From Catonella sp. (GTDB taxonomy: Bacteria; Bacillota; Clostridia; Lachnospirales; Lachnospiraceae), in assembly GCF_052173895.1 (NCBI RefSeq), contig NZ_JBQMXS010000004.1:3960-67959 (forward strand): 64,000 nt of DNA, in the 5' to 3' direction. Shown piece after piece: positions 37,985-48,815 of the stretch (within the stretch, counting starts at the first letter, position 1; each line of letters opens with the position of its first letter). The notes beneath the pieces were generated by a model. That model saw only the letters and a program-made list of their open reading frames with translations, searched no databases and was not told where the DNA came from. Position numbers and translations under genes: made by a program.

Positions 37985-38856
37985 TGAGAGGCAGAATAAT
38001 AAAGGCAATTGCAGGTTTCTATTATGTACATAATGAAGCCGGCATCTATGAATGTAGAGCCAGGGGAATATTTCGTAATAAAGGAATAAAGCCCCTGGTA
38101 GGTGATATTGTTGAAATTGAAGTTTTGGACGATGAGAATAAGAAAGGAAATCTTGTAGGTATAGTAGATAGAAAGTCTTTTCTCATCCGTCCTGCTGTTG
38201 CCAATCCTGATCAGGTACTCATAGTATTTGCGGGAGCAAAGCCGGAGCCGAACCTTAATTTACTTGATAAATTTTTAGCAATGATGGAAATTAAGGGAGT
38301 ACCGGTTGCCATTGCCATAAGTAAAAGTGATATTACAGCTGAAGAGAAATTAGAAGAGTTAAAAAGGATATATTCAAAGCATTATAAGCTCATTGAAATA
38401 AGTACTAAAGAAGAAAAAGGGTTGAATGAACTTAAAAAATATTTAGAAGGTAAGTTTACTGTACTTGCAGGACCTTCAGGAGTTGGTAAGTCAACCCTTA
38501 CCAATTACCTTGCTCCCGATGCCAATATGGAAACAGGTGAAATAAGCCGAAAGATTGAGAGAGGTAAGCAGACCACAAGGCATACAGAACTTTTTTATAT
38601 AGGAGAGGGTGGATATATCTGTGATACTCCCGGTTTTGGAAGCCTTGAGCTGTTTGATGTAGATAAAAGAGAGCTTAAGGATTATTTTCCGGAATTTATA
38701 GAATATACTAAAAATTGTAAATTCAATGGTTGTATCCACTTGGGTGAAAGAGAGTGTGGTGTGAAGAAGGCTTTAGAAAATGGTGAAATTTCTGAAAGCA
38801 GATATAGAAATTATCAGTTAATTTATGAGGAATTAGCAAGTAAGAGGGAATACTAA
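37984..38856 (+). CDS. rsgA: Ribosome small subunit-dependent GTPase A
   Basis: GPSGVGKST, RGKQTTRH, DTPGF and Zn site CKFNGCIH..E.EC. Confidence 0.97.
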   Translation: MRGRIIKAIAGFYYVHNEAGIYECRARGIFRNKGIKPLVGDIVEIEVLDDENKKGNLVGIVDRKSFLIRPAVANPDQVLIVFAGAKPEPNLNLLDKFLAMMEIKGVPVAIAISKSDITAEEKLEELKRIYSKHYKLIEISTKEEKGLNELKKYLEGKFTVLAGPSGVGKSTLTNYLAPDANMETGEISRKIERGKQTTRHTELFYIGEGGYICDTPGFGSLELFDVDKRELKDYFPEFIEYTKNCKFNGCIHLGERECGVKKALENGEISESRYRNYQLIYEELASKREY

Positions 38857-39531
38857 ATGGAATATATACTTTCGCCGTCAATACTGGCGGCAGACTTTGG
38901 AATATTAGCTAATCAAATAAAGATTACAGAAGAAAGCGGTGCAAAATATCTTCACTTGGATGTGATGGATGGGAGTTTTGTACCAAGTATTTCTTTTGGA
39001 ATGCCGGTTATTAAGAGTTTAAGGAAATATAGCAAGCAGGTTTTTGATGTACATCTTATGATAGATGCTCCTGAGAGATACTTGGAAGATTTCAAAGAGG
39101 CAGGGGCGGATATAATTACAGTCCATGTAGAATCAACTAAGCATTTACATAGAACTGTTACTAAGATTAAAGAATTGGGACTTAAGGCAGGAGTATCACT
39201 TAATCCTGCCACACCGCTTTCATCTCTTGAATGGATACTGCCGGAGCTTGATATGGTGCTTATAATGAGTGTGAATCCCGGATTTGGAGGACAGAAGTTC
39301 ATACCGTTTTCTTTGGAAAAAATTAAAAAATTACGAGAGCTTGCTCCTGATCTTGATATAGAAGTGGATGGAGGAGTAAATAAAGAGAATATTGGTGAAC
39401 TGATAAGAGCAGGTGCTAATATTTTAGTTGCAGGTACTGCAGTATTTGGTGGAAATATAGCAGAAAATACAAGACAGCTGTTGGAGAAAATGTATGAAGA
39501 AGGTACTGATTATAACAGGCGGACAGACTGA
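38857..39531 (+). CDS. rpe: Ribulose-phosphate 3-epimerase
   Basis: SPSILAADF, HLDVMDG, DVHLM, MSVNPGFGGQ and VDGG motifs. Confidence 0.97.
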   Translation: MEYILSPSILAADFGILANQIKITEESGAKYLHLDVMDGSFVPSISFGMPVIKSLRKYSKQVFDVHLMIDAPERYLEDFKEAGADIITVHVESTKHLHRTVTKIKELGLKAGVSLNPATPLSSLEWILPELDMVLIMSVNPGFGGQKFIPFSLEKIKKLRELAPDLDIEVDGGVNKENIGELIRAGANILVAGTAVFGGNIAENTRQLLEKMYEEGTDYNRRTD

Positions 39532-40183
39532 TATAGATTTTGCAGAAGAAGTTTACAAAGAATATAGACCAAACTTAGTGATTACAGCAGATAGTGGGCT
39601 TTTGACGGCGAATAAACTTGGTATAATTCCTGACTATGCAGTTGGAGATTTTGACAGTAGTGATACAGCTGCCGTAGAAAATCTTAAATCTAAGTTTGAA
39701 ATCTATGGTAAACCGATAATAAGGAAATTTAATCCTGAAAAGGATGAAACGGATACAGAAATTGCTATATCACTTTCACTTTCACTTAATCCTACCGAAA
39801 TAGTGATATTAGGAGCGACAGGTACAAGGCTTGACCATACTATGGCGAATATAGGTCTTTTATACAAGATTATGCAAAGTGGAATAAAGGCAAGGATTAT
39901 GGATAAGCATAATGTGATAAGTCTTCATGATAAAGATATTGTACTCAAAAAAGATGAGGCTTTTGGAGAGTATTTTTCTTTGTTGCCTTTTACGGAAGAT
40001 GTAACTGGACTTAAAATAAAGGGAGCTAAGTATGAACTTGATGGCTATGTTTTAAAAGCAGGCAGCAGTCTTGGAATAAGTAATGAGATTGTGGAAAGTA
40101 AAGTTTTTATCGGTTTTGATAAAGGAATTCTGCTGGTGTATCAGACTAGCGATGTAGGAATTGCACTTGATGGAAAAATGTAA
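39494..40183 (+). CDS. thiN: Thiamine diphosphokinase
   Basis: ADSG, GDFDS, EKDETD, GATGTRLDH and LGISNE. Canonical position after rpe. Confidence 0.93.
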   Translation: MKKVLIITGGQTDIDFAEEVYKEYRPNLVITADSGLLTANKLGIIPDYAVGDFDSSDTAAVENLKSKFEIYGKPIIRKFNPEKDETDTEIAISLSLSLNPTEIVILGATGTRLDHTMANIGLLYKIMQSGIKARIMDKHNVISLHDKDIVLKKDEAFGEYFSLLPFTEDVTGLKIKGAKYELDGYVLKAGSSLGISNEIVESKVFIGFDKGILLVYQTSDVGIALDGKM

Positions 40184-40317
40184 AGGGAGGGATTATGAAG
40201 AACTTTTGTTTGCAATAGCGAGGCAGATGGTCGTAGAACATACTTCTACATTGGAAGTATGCATGGGGATAAGATAACAAGGATAGAAGTGATTAAGTCA
40301 GTGTAAAGGGAAAAAAT

Positions 40318-42570
40318 ATGAATATTTTAGATAATTTAAACCCTGAACAAAGAAAAGCAGTGGTGCATGAAAATGGGCCACTGCTCATTTTAGCAGGGGC
40401 AGGTTCCGGTAAAACTAGGGTACTTACAAGGAGGATAGCATACCTTATTAAAGAATATGGAGTGAATCCATGGAATATTTTGGCACTTACCTTTACCAAT
40501 AAGGCTGCTAAGGAAATGAGAGAGAGGGTAAATCAACTCTTGGATGAAGAGGCGGAAGATATCTGGGTTTCAACCTTTCATTCAGCCTGTGTCAAGATTT
40601 TGAGGAGGTTTATAGATAAGATAGGATATGACAGGAAATTTAACATATATGATACTGATGATACCAAGGCAGTAATAAAACAAGTGCTTAAATCACTCAA
40701 TATTGATAGTAAGAAGTTTTCTGAAAAGACCTGTCTAAATATCATATCCAATGCAAAAAATGACTTTATAGATGCTGAAAAATTTGCAGCAAACTCTTCA
40801 TTTGGAGCAGATAAGGATATTTTTGCAAGGGTTTATTTGGAATATGAAAAGAGGATGAAAAATAACAATGCCTTAGATTTTGATGATATTTTGGTGAAGA
40901 CGGTAGAGCTTTTTCAAACAGATGTGGAAACCTTAGAATATTATCAGAGAAGATTCCGTTATATCCTTGTAGATGAGTATCAGGATACTAACATTGTTCA
41001 GTTTAAATTATTAAAAATGCTTGCCAACTTTGTGAATGAAGATGGTGAAATAGAAAATAATCTCTGTGTAGTAGGAGATGATGATCAGTCAATCTATAAA
41101 TTTAGAGGAGCGGATATAAGAAATATATTGAATTTTGAAAAAATATATCCGTCTTGCCTAGTTATTAAGTTGGAAGAAAATTACCGTTCAACAGGTAATA
41201 TTCTTGAAGCTGCAAATGGAGTGATTAGCAATAATACTATGAGAAAGGATAAGAAGTTATGGACAAATAAAGAAGGTGGAGCATCTATTTCTTATAAAAC
41301 TTATGATACAGGTGATAGAGAGGCAGAGGGAGTAACAAATATTATAAGGCGTACTGTTGAGGCAGGAAAAGTAGATTATTCAGATATTGCAGTTTTATAT
41401 CGTACAAATGCACAGTCTCGTGCAGTAGAAGAAAAACTTGTATATGATAATATTCCGTACAAGCTCTATGGAGGGACAAACTTTTACAGCAGAAGAGAAA
41501 TAAAAGATATATTGGCATATTTAAAGGTAATAAATAATCCTAAAGATGATACTCAGGTAAGGAGGATACTTAATGTACCCAAAAGAGGTATAGGAAGTAC
41601 AACAGAAGATAGGATTGCTGATTATGCGATAGAAAAAGATATTTCATTCTTTGAGGCTTGTATGAGGGTAAGTGCAATACCGGGACTTAGCAGGGCAGTG
41701 GCAAAAGTAGAGAAGTTTGTAGCTTATGTTGAAGCTAAAATAAGGGAATTTAATGATGCTAAAAATTTAAAAAATGAGATAGAGATACTTATAGAAGAAA
41801 TTGAATATATTGAAGGATTAAGGCTTGAAAATACTGATGAGGCAAGGGGAAGAATTGACAATATTTATGAACTTATAAATAAAGTTGCAGTGTTTGAGCT
41901 TGGAAAACAGGATGAGGGTAGTGCAAAATTGGCAGATTTTCTTGCAGAAGTATCTCTTTTAACTGATGCAGACAATAAGGACAGTGATAATAAAGATAAA
42001 GTTACCCTTATGACACTTCATTCGGCAAAGGGACTTGAGTTTAAGATAGTATTTATTGTAGGTATGGAGGAAGGACTTTTTCCGGGGCGAATGAGTTTGT
42101 ATGCAGAGGATGAGAGTGAACTTGAGGAAGAAAGAAGGCTATGTTATGTAGGAATTACAAGAGCTATGGAAAAGTTATATCTCTCTAATGCAAAGATGAG
42201 GATGATTAGGGGAGATAGGCAGTGGAACAGGCCATCTAGGTTTATAAGTGAAATTCCAGAGCACCTTTTGTCAAGGGCGAAACTTCAAAATAATGAGGGG
42301 CTTGTAAGTATTTTTAGGGAGGCATCATCAGAATCTGAAAAACATGGACTTTTTGCTGAAAATCCATATATCAGCAAGGGATTTAAGCAGGTACCTAGTA
42401 AATCGGATGCAGTAGGAATTGGAGATATGGTAAGCCATGTTAAGTTTGGAGAAGGAGAGATAATAGATATATCTAATGAAGTTGGAATAGTGTCTGTAAG
42501 ATTTAAAAATGATACTTATGGAGTGAGAAAATTAAAATTAGGTATGGCAGGATTAAAAAAAATAAACTGA
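40318..42570 (+). CDS. pcrA: ATP-dependent DNA helicase PcrA/UvrD
   Basis: LAGAGSGKTRVL, TFTNKAA, VDEYQDTN, VGDDDQSIY, TLHSAKGLEF and EERRLCYVGITRA motifs. Confidence 0.97.
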   Translation: MNILDNLNPEQRKAVVHENGPLLILAGAGSGKTRVLTRRIAYLIKEYGVNPWNILALTFTNKAAKEMRERVNQLLDEEAEDIWVSTFHSACVKILRRFIDKIGYDRKFNIYDTDDTKAVIKQVLKSLNIDSKKFSEKTCLNIISNAKNDFIDAEKFAANSSFGADKDIFARVYLEYEKRMKNNNALDFDDILVKTVELFQTDVETLEYYQRRFRYILVDEYQDTNIVQFKLLKMLANFVNEDGEIENNLCVVGDDDQSIYKFRGADIRNILNFEKIYPSCLVIKLEENYRSTGNILEAANGVISNNTMRKDKKLWTNKEGGASISYKTYDTGDREAEGVTNIIRRTVEAGKVDYSDIAVLYRTNAQSRAVEEKLVYDNIPYKLYGGTNFYSRREIKDILAYLKVINNPKDDTQVRRILNVPKRGIGSTTEDRIADYAIEKDISFFEACMRVSAIPGLSRAVAKVEKFVAYVEAKIREFNDAKNLKNEIEILIEEIEYIEGLRLENTDEARGRIDNIYELINKVAVFELGKQDEGSAKLADFLAEVSLLTDADNKDSDNKDKVTLMTLHSAKGLEFKIVFIVGMEEGLFPGRMSLYAEDESELEEERRLCYVGITRAMEKLYLSNAKMRMIRGDRQWNRPSRFISEIPEHLLSRAKLQNNEGLVSIFREASSESEKHGLFAENPYISKGFKQVPSKSDAVGIGDMVSHVKFGEGEIIDISNEVGIVSVRFKNDTYGVRKLKLGMAGLKKIN

Positions 42571-42633
42571 TAATAGTATTATTAAACAAAGTGTGTTATA
42601 CTAATTTTATTAAATTTAATAAAGGAGTAGACT

Positions 42634-42906
42634 ATGGATAAGAAAATTGAAGAGTTATTGAATGTAGCAAAAATGAATTCACTACTTCATCCTATAAAGG
42701 AGAGTGAATCTAAAAAGGACAATCCTTATGTAGTTGCCCTTGTTATAGTGGGAGCAATTGCACTTATTGCAGGTATCGCTTACGCTGTATACTACTTTTT
42801 TGTTCCGGATAAGCTTGTGGATTTTGAGGATGATTTTGATGATGTTTATGGAGATGAAGTATTTGCCGAGCCAGAAGTAGAAGAAATAGTAGAGGAAACC
42901 AAATAA
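42634..42906 (+). CDS. Small single-TM protein with acidic tail (DUF4366-like)
   Basis: One hydrophobic helix (VVALVIVGAIALIAGIAYAVYYFF) followed by PDKLVDFEDDFDD. AAGGAG SD. Confidence 0.7.
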   Translation: MDKKIEELLNVAKMNSLLHPIKESESKKDNPYVVALVIVGAIALIAGIAYAVYYFFVPDKLVDFEDDFDDVYGDEVFAEPEVEEIVEETK

Positions 42907-42912
42907 CCTACA

Positions 42913-43554
42913 ATGGATAAGGAAAACAAGAAAGAATTTGTGGAGGAAGTAGCTGATAGGATAAGGTCTCTTGATTATATTAAAATTGATGAGATTCCTG
43001 ATATTGAGCTATATATGGATCAGGTTATTAAGTTTATGGATGATCATTTTGCATCTCTTAAAAGATATGAGGGGGACAAAATGCTAACTAAGGCCATGAT
43101 TAATAATTATACTAAGAATAAGCTACTTCCTTCGCCTGAAAAGAAAAAGTATGGCAAGGATCATATGCTACTTTTGATTTTCATATATTATTTTAAGAAT
43201 GTATTGTCAATAAAAGATATTAATAGCATTCTGACTCCGCTTACGGAGAATTTTTTTGGTAAAAATGAAGATGATTTTTCATTGGGCAATATTTATGATG
43301 AGATTTTTGAGACTTGCAAGAGTGCAACCACTGATATTTCAAGGTCAGTTTTGAAAGCATTTAATAGATCGAAAGAAAGCTTTGAAGATGAAGAAGACGA
43401 GAAGAAGAAAAAATATCTCAATAACTTTGCTTTTATAGCATCATTATGTTTTGATGTCCATGTGAAGAAAACTATAGTTGAAAATATGATAGACAGAGGT
43501 CTGTTAGATTTTAAGGATGATGTTATTAAAGGGAGTAGGAAAGATAAAAGATGA
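42913..43554 (+). CDS. DUF1836 domain protein
   Basis: IPDIELYMDQV and LTKAMINNYTK..LLPSPEKKKY signature. Confidence 0.9.
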   Translation: MDKENKKEFVEEVADRIRSLDYIKIDEIPDIELYMDQVIKFMDDHFASLKRYEGDKMLTKAMINNYTKNKLLPSPEKKKYGKDHMLLLIFIYYFKNVLSIKDINSILTPLTENFFGKNEDDFSLGNIYDEIFETCKSATTDISRSVLKAFNRSKESFEDEEDEKKKKYLNNFAFIASLCFDVHVKKTIVENMIDRGLLDFKDDVIKGSRKDKR

Positions 43555-44624
43555 GTAGAACTGCTAAAATTTGTATAAAAGGATTTCTGTGGACAATACT
43601 GGCTCTTGTAGTGGGGGCTGGAGTATTGATTACAGTATTGACAGTTACAGAATATAAGCCAGGTAATGTTGAGAAACTATTATTAACAGGACAGGCTATG
43701 GATGAGGCAGGTTTTTCTAAAGAAATTAAGCTTATAAGCTGGAATATTGGATATTGTAATCTAGGGGCTACAGCAGATTTTTTTATGGATGGTGGTAAAA
43801 AAGTTGTAAGCCAAACTGAGGAAGAGCTGGATAATAATATTAAAAATATAGTTGAAAAATTAAATGAATTTGATGCTGACATATATTTTTTACAGGAAGT
43901 AGACAGAAAATCTTATCGCAGTTATAATGCTAATGAGGAAAAAATAATTTCTAATCAATTTTCTGATAGGCTTTCAGCTTTTGCAATTAATTTTAAATCC
44001 TTATTTGTACCTTTTCCCTTTCCACCATTAAGAAATGTGGAGGCAGGAATAATGTCTTTAAGTAGGTTTAAAGTGGAAAGTGCTGAAAGAGTGAGTCTTC
44101 CGGTGCCGTTTACGTGGCCGGTTAGTACCTGCAATCTAAAAAGATGCCTATTAGTGGATAAAATTCCGATAAGTGGAAGTGACAAGAAACTTGTAGCTAT
44201 TAATCTCCATTTGGAGGCATATGATTCCGGTGCAGGTAAGATAGCTCAGACTCAGGCTTTGCTTGATGAAATGAAGAAAGAGTATGAAGCCGGAAACTAT
44301 GTAATAGCAGGTGGAGATTTTAACCAAGTATTTTCTACTGAAGATGTATCAAAGTTTGAAGTTGGAAATATCGGCTTATGGAAACCGGGAAAACTGGATG
44401 CAGAGCCTTTTTTAAAGAATTTTAACCTTTATATGGATGAAACTGTACCTACTTGTCGCTCGCTTGATAGGGCTTATGATAAAAATGATAGTAAGTTTCA
44501 ATACTATGTAATTGATGGTTTCATTGTATCGAAAAACATTGAGGTGCTTTCACAAAGGACAATCGGACTTGATTTTGAGAATTCAGACCATAATCCTGTT
44601 GAGATGATAATTAAATTAAAGTAA
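43551..44624 (+). CDS. Membrane-anchored endonuclease/exonuclease/phosphatase (EEP) family protein
   Basis: N-terminal TM, then WNIGY, LQEVD, NLHLEAY, GGDFNQ, IDGF and SDHNPV. Confidence 0.9.
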   Translation: MSRTAKICIKGFLWTILALVVGAGVLITVLTVTEYKPGNVEKLLLTGQAMDEAGFSKEIKLISWNIGYCNLGATADFFMDGGKKVVSQTEEELDNNIKNIVEKLNEFDADIYFLQEVDRKSYRSYNANEEKIISNQFSDRLSAFAINFKSLFVPFPFPPLRNVEAGIMSLSRFKVESAERVSLPVPFTWPVSTCNLKRCLLVDKIPISGSDKKLVAINLHLEAYDSGAGKIAQTQALLDEMKKEYEAGNYVIAGGDFNQVFSTEDVSKFEVGNIGLWKPGKLDAEPFLKNFNLYMDETVPTCRSLDRAYDKNDSKFQYYVIDGFIVSKNIEVLSQRTIGLDFENSDHNPVEMIIKLK

Positions 44625-44630
44625 AGATAA

Positions 44631-44666
44631 AACCACAGAAAGCTGTTAATTCAGTATTCTGTGGTT
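44631..44666. terminator. Bidirectional terminator between convergent genes
   Basis: AACCACAGAA...TTCTGTGGTT stem. Confidence 0.75.
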
Positions 44667-44671
44667 CTTAT

Positions 44672-45544
44672 TTATTTTATAATATCCTTATAACACTCCG
44701 GACGCCTGTCTCTCATAAGCCCCCATTCAAGTCTTGCAGAGTTGATTTCATCTAAATCAAAGGTATGAGTAAGAATAATTTCTTCAGTTCTTCCAGCCTG
44801 TTCAATGATGTCTCCTGTCATATCGGTAATAAAAGAAGAACCATAGAAAGTAAGTGATGAAGACTGATTGTTATTTTTTTCACAAGGATCTACAGCCTCA
44901 GTGCCAATTCGGTTAGCAGCCACTACAGGTATAATATTAGCTGCCGAATGTCCCTGCATAGTTCTCTGCCAATGTCCACAGCTATCGGTATTTAACACAG
45001 GTTCAGAGCCTATTGCTGTAGGATAAAGCAATATCTCTGCACCGTTAATAGCAAGACTTCTTGCTGTTTCAGGAAACCACTGATCCCAGCAGATGCCTAT
45101 GCCGACTTTACCAACACTGGTGTCCCATACTTTAAATCCGGTATTTCCGGGAGTGAAATAGAATTTTTCTTGGTAAAAATGGTCATCAGGTATATGAGTT
45201 TTTCTATATATGCCAAGAAAATTTCCACAGTCTAATACGGCAGCCGAATTATAAAGTACATTTCCATCTTTCTCATAAAAACTGATAGGGATTACGGTTT
45301 CCGTTTTTCTGCTTACTTCAATAAAATGCTTAACAGCATCATTTTCTAATGCCGGTTTTGCAAAAGAATAATAATCATATCTTCGTTCTTGACAAAAGTA
45401 CTGTCTTTCAAAAAGTTCTGGAAGTAAAATTAACTTTGCACCTTTATTTACAGCTTGAAGTAGAAGGCTTTCAGCTTTTTCTATACTTTCCTTTGGATTA
45501 GGAAAGCAGTTCATCTGAATTGCACTAACTGTTATGTTTCTCAT
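44672..45544 (-). CDS. aguB: N-carbamoylputrescine amidase
   Basis: Nitrilase triad (PELF, YRKTHIP, ICWDQWFPE) plus YPTAIGSEP. Confidence 0.95.
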   Translation of the reverse strand: MRNITVSAIQMNCFPNPKESIEKAESLLLQAVNKGAKLILLPELFERQYFCQERRYDYYSFAKPALENDAVKHFIEVSRKTETVIPISFYEKDGNVLYNSAAVLDCGNFLGIYRKTHIPDDHFYQEKFYFTPGNTGFKVWDTSVGKVGIGICWDQWFPETARSLAINGAEILLYPTAIGSEPVLNTDSCGHWQRTMQGHSAANIIPVVAANRIGTEAVDPCEKNNNQSSSLTFYGSSFITDMTGDIIEQAGRTEEIILTHTFDLDEINSARLEWGLMRDRRPECYKDIIK

Positions 45545-46680
45545 TATTTTTCCTTTCTTTCACCGGTGAGGGGGACTTGGCCTGTAATACAGTGAATGTT
45601 TCCACCACCTGCCAAGATGCTCCTAGACCTTATTTGTACAACTTCTCTTTCAGGAAATAGCTTAGAAAGAATATTCATAGCAATTTCATCATTTTCGTCA
45701 TCAAAAGCAGGCACAATTACACTTCCGTTTGTAATATAAAAATTTATATAGCTTGCAGCAAGGCGTTCTCCGACATCACGCATGGCCTCACCCTCTTCAA
45801 AGTTATATCCGTTCAGGTCTTCATCTGTTACTAAAATTGGTTTCTTAGGTATAGGGAGCTTATGGATGATAAAGTTTCTACCCAGTGCATCTGTTTCGTT
45901 TTGGAGTAATTGTAAGTCAGCAAGGCTCATTTTATATTGAGGGTCGGTTTCGCCATCAGTCCAAGCCAGTACAACTTCGCCAGGTTTTACAAAGGTACAT
46001 ACATTATCTATATGCTCGTTAGTTTCATCATTATATATGCCGTATGGAAGCCAGATTATTTTTTTTGCACCGAGATAATTAAGCAAAACATCCTCTATTT
46101 CCTTTTTGGAAAGCTGAGGATTTCTTCCTTTACTTAATAAGCAGGATTCAGTAACAAGTATTGTACCTTCACCATCAGAATGGATAGAGCCTCCCTCCAG
46201 TACAAATCCTGTTTTATGCAGGTCATAATAGTCATACCCGTATTTATTACAAAAAGTAGAGGCTAACATATCGTCATTTTCGTAGGTTGGAAACAATCCG
46301 TCAACTTCTCCTCCCCAAGCATTGAAAACCCAGTCAATGCCCCTTACCTCGTATTTGTTTGTGACAAAGGTTGGTGAGGTATCTCTAGCCCAGGCATCAT
46401 CTGTTTCAGCTATGACTAACTCAATATTTCCGTTTGGTGTAAAGTCGGTATCAGTAAAATATGTAGTAAGTTCTTCTTTATTGTTTTCATCACAGACTAA
46501 AAATAATTTTTCATACTTGATAATATTTTTTATGATTTGAGCAAAAGCAGGCTTTGCATCTTTTCCGTTATAAGGAAAACTTCCAGGGCGAGTTGGCCAG
46601 ACCATGATAGTTCCGAGGTGAGGTTCAAATTCTCCCGGCATATAAAAGCCATCAGAAGATGGTAGACTTGATAGTATCAT
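45544..46680 (-). CDS. aguA: Agmatine deiminase
   Basis: [35 protein letters not shown] and GGGNIHCIT. Start set at the ATG after AGGAG. Confidence 0.95.
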   Translation of the reverse strand: MILSSLPSSDGFYMPGEFEPHLGTIMVWPTRPGSFPYNGKDAKPAFAQIIKNIIKYEKLFLVCDENNKEELTTYFTDTDFTPNGNIELVIAETDDAWARDTSPTFVTNKYEVRGIDWVFNAWGGEVDGLFPTYENDDMLASTFCNKYGYDYYDLHKTGFVLEGGSIHSDGEGTILVTESCLLSKGRNPQLSKKEIEDVLLNYLGAKKIIWLPYGIYNDETNEHIDNVCTFVKPGEVVLAWTDGETDPQYKMSLADLQLLQNETDALGRNFIIHKLPIPKKPILVTDEDLNGYNFEEGEAMRDVGERLAASYINFYITNGSVIVPAFDDENDEIAMNILSKLFPEREVVQIRSRSILAGGGNIHCITGQVPLTGERKEK

Positions 46681-46837
46681 AAACACTCCTTAAGTTTGGT
46701 TGAATTTTAGAAATATTTTAACACCTAAGTGGTATTATTTCTAGCCCAAATGGATAAGAAATTTTGTAGAAATACTTGAATAATATTGATTTTAAGTGTA
46801 TATTTATTAGCAATAGCTGTGTTATGGAGGCGGCAAA

Positions 46838-48187
46838 ATGGAATTTAAAAAGTTCGAGAAACGGATATGGCTTTCTTCACCGACAATGCATGGAGATGAA
46901 CAGGAGTTTGTGAAGGAGGCGTTTGATACAAACTGGGTCTCTACCATTGGAAAGAACTTGGATGAACTTGAAAGTGGAGTCTGTAAGTATCTTGGAGGTG
47001 GACTTCATAGTGTGGGACTTGCATCCGGAACTGCTGCTTTGCATTTGGCATATAAGTTGGCAGGTATTAAAGAGGGGGACAGGGTATTTTGCTCTGATTT
47101 AACCTTTGATGCGACAGTGAACCCTGTGTCTTATGAAAAAGGAGAACAGGTATTTATTGACAGTGAGTATGAAAGCTGGAATATTAGTCCTAAGGCACTT
47201 AGAGAGGCGTTTATTAAATATCCCGATACAAAATGTGTAGTAGCAGTTAATCTTTATGGAATACCGGCAAAACTGGATGAAATAAGGGCTATTTGTGATG
47301 AGCATCAGGCTGTGCTTATAGAGGATGCAGCAGAGTCATTTGGAGCATCATATAAAGGGAAGAAGACAGGAACTTTTGGTCATTACAATGTAATTAGTTT
47401 TAATGGAAATAAAATAATAACAACCTCAGGTGGAGGAATGTTAATTTCAGAAGATGGTAAGGCAATAGATAAGGCTAAGTTTTGGGCTACTCAGGCGAGA
47501 GAACCTTATCCTTGGTATCAGCATGAGGAACTTGGTTATAACTACAGGTTGTCAAATATACTTGCCGGCATAGGTAGGGGACAGCTATTACATTTGGATG
47601 AGCATAAGGCAAGGAAGAGAGAAATATATGAGCGGTATAGAGAGGGATTTAAAAATCTTCCACTTAAAATGAATCCTATACTTCCTGAGGCAGACCCTAA
47701 TTATTGGCTTTCCTGCATTATAATAGATAAGGATGCTATGGCTCCTCAGGACAGAAGTCGATTTATACCAAATTATGAAGGAGATAAGACGGGGGGGACA
47801 AATTTCTTTGCGGTGAGAGATAAAAAAATTATTGATAAGGCATTAAGCCCTATTGAAATTTTTAAGAGAGAAAAGTATAATAATCTAAATTTTAGTGATA
47901 GACTTTATATAAGTGAATGTGGAAAGACATCACCGGAGGAAATAAGGGAGGTGCTTGCAAGGCATAATGTAGAAAGTAGGCCAATATGGAAACCTATGCA
48001 TTTACAGCCGTATTTCAGAGATAAAGACTTTATTACTGAAAAAGGAAGTATAAGAGAACTTGAAGAAAATTTTGTTGATACCGGTTCTGATATCTTTGAC
48101 AGGGGGTTGTGCCTGCCGAGTGATATTAAAATGATCAAAGAGGAACAGGACATAATTATAGAGCTGATAAAGAGCTGTTTTATCTAA
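46838..48187 (+). CDS. DegT/DnrJ/EryC1/StrS PLP-dependent sugar aminotransferase (EpsN/PglE-like)
   Basis: SGTAALHLA, IEDAAES, SFNGNKIITTSGGG, GYNYRLSN, RPIWKPMHLQP and GLCLPS motifs. Confidence 0.93.
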   Translation: MEFKKFEKRIWLSSPTMHGDEQEFVKEAFDTNWVSTIGKNLDELESGVCKYLGGGLHSVGLASGTAALHLAYKLAGIKEGDRVFCSDLTFDATVNPVSYEKGEQVFIDSEYESWNISPKALREAFIKYPDTKCVVAVNLYGIPAKLDEIRAICDEHQAVLIEDAAESFGASYKGKKTGTFGHYNVISFNGNKIITTSGGGMLISEDGKAIDKAKFWATQAREPYPWYQHEELGYNYRLSNILAGIGRGQLLHLDEHKARKREIYERYREGFKNLPLKMNPILPEADPNYWLSCIIIDKDAMAPQDRSRFIPNYEGDKTGGTNFFAVRDKKIIDKALSPIEIFKREKYNNLNFSDRLYISECGKTSPEEIREVLARHNVESRPIWKPMHLQPYFRDKDFITEKGSIRELEENFVDTGSDIFDRGLCLPSDIKMIKEEQDIIIELIKSCFI

Positions 48188-48458
48188 AGAAAATCATTTA
48201 AGAATAAGGCCAAGTTGGTATTTGCTTGTTGCCATAATTGCACTGTTGTATATTATGACGAATAAAGTGATAAATAAAGTGCAATTAATAAGTAAGATTA
48301 ATATTGACTTTATAAGAATTAATGATAATCTAAAGCTAGATATATGTACTCGGATCTAATTCTTTAAAATTAACTTAATCTAAAATACCTATTAGCAGAC
48401 AGTATTTCTAAGTATAGGAAATATGGGCAACTTTGAAACCTAAGATTAAGTAAAAGAG

Positions 48459-48707
48459 GTGATTATTATAATTAGTTATGATGGATTTTGGGAGGTTTTA
48501 AAGGAGAGAGGGATTTCGCAGTACAAACTGATAATGCAATATGGAGTTAGTAACTCACAGCTTAACCACATAAGAAAAGGCGGACATATAACCACTGCAA
48601 CAATAAATAAGTTATGTAAGCTATTGGATTGTGAAATAAGTGATATTGTAGCCTACATTCCTGATGGGGATGAAAGGGAACTTGATAATAAACAGGGGAT
48701 GGAATAA
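48459..48707 (+). CDS. Cro/C1-type HTH transcriptional regulator
   Basis: ISYDGFWEVLKERGISQYKL...TINKLCKLLDCEISDIV. The start codon is uncertain. Confidence 0.85.
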   Translation: MIIIISYDGFWEVLKERGISQYKLIMQYGVSNSQLNHIRKGGHITTATINKLCKLLDCEISDIVAYIPDGDERELDNKQGME

Positions 48708-48815
48708 AACCATCCCTTGTTTTCTTTATAAAATAGTACTCTTGAAATCTATTATTCAAAGAGTTATACTATTTATATTTAAAGTAGAACCTATTATTGA
48801 AGAAGAGGATTTAAA

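Noticed and set aside
40170..40277. 35-aa sORF (MEKCKGRDYEELLFAIARQMVV...) between thiN and pcrA, and a 7-codon ORF behind a strong SD at ~40195
   Set aside because: Both are too short and have no recognisable motif. They might be a gene remnant but cannot be supported from sequence alone.
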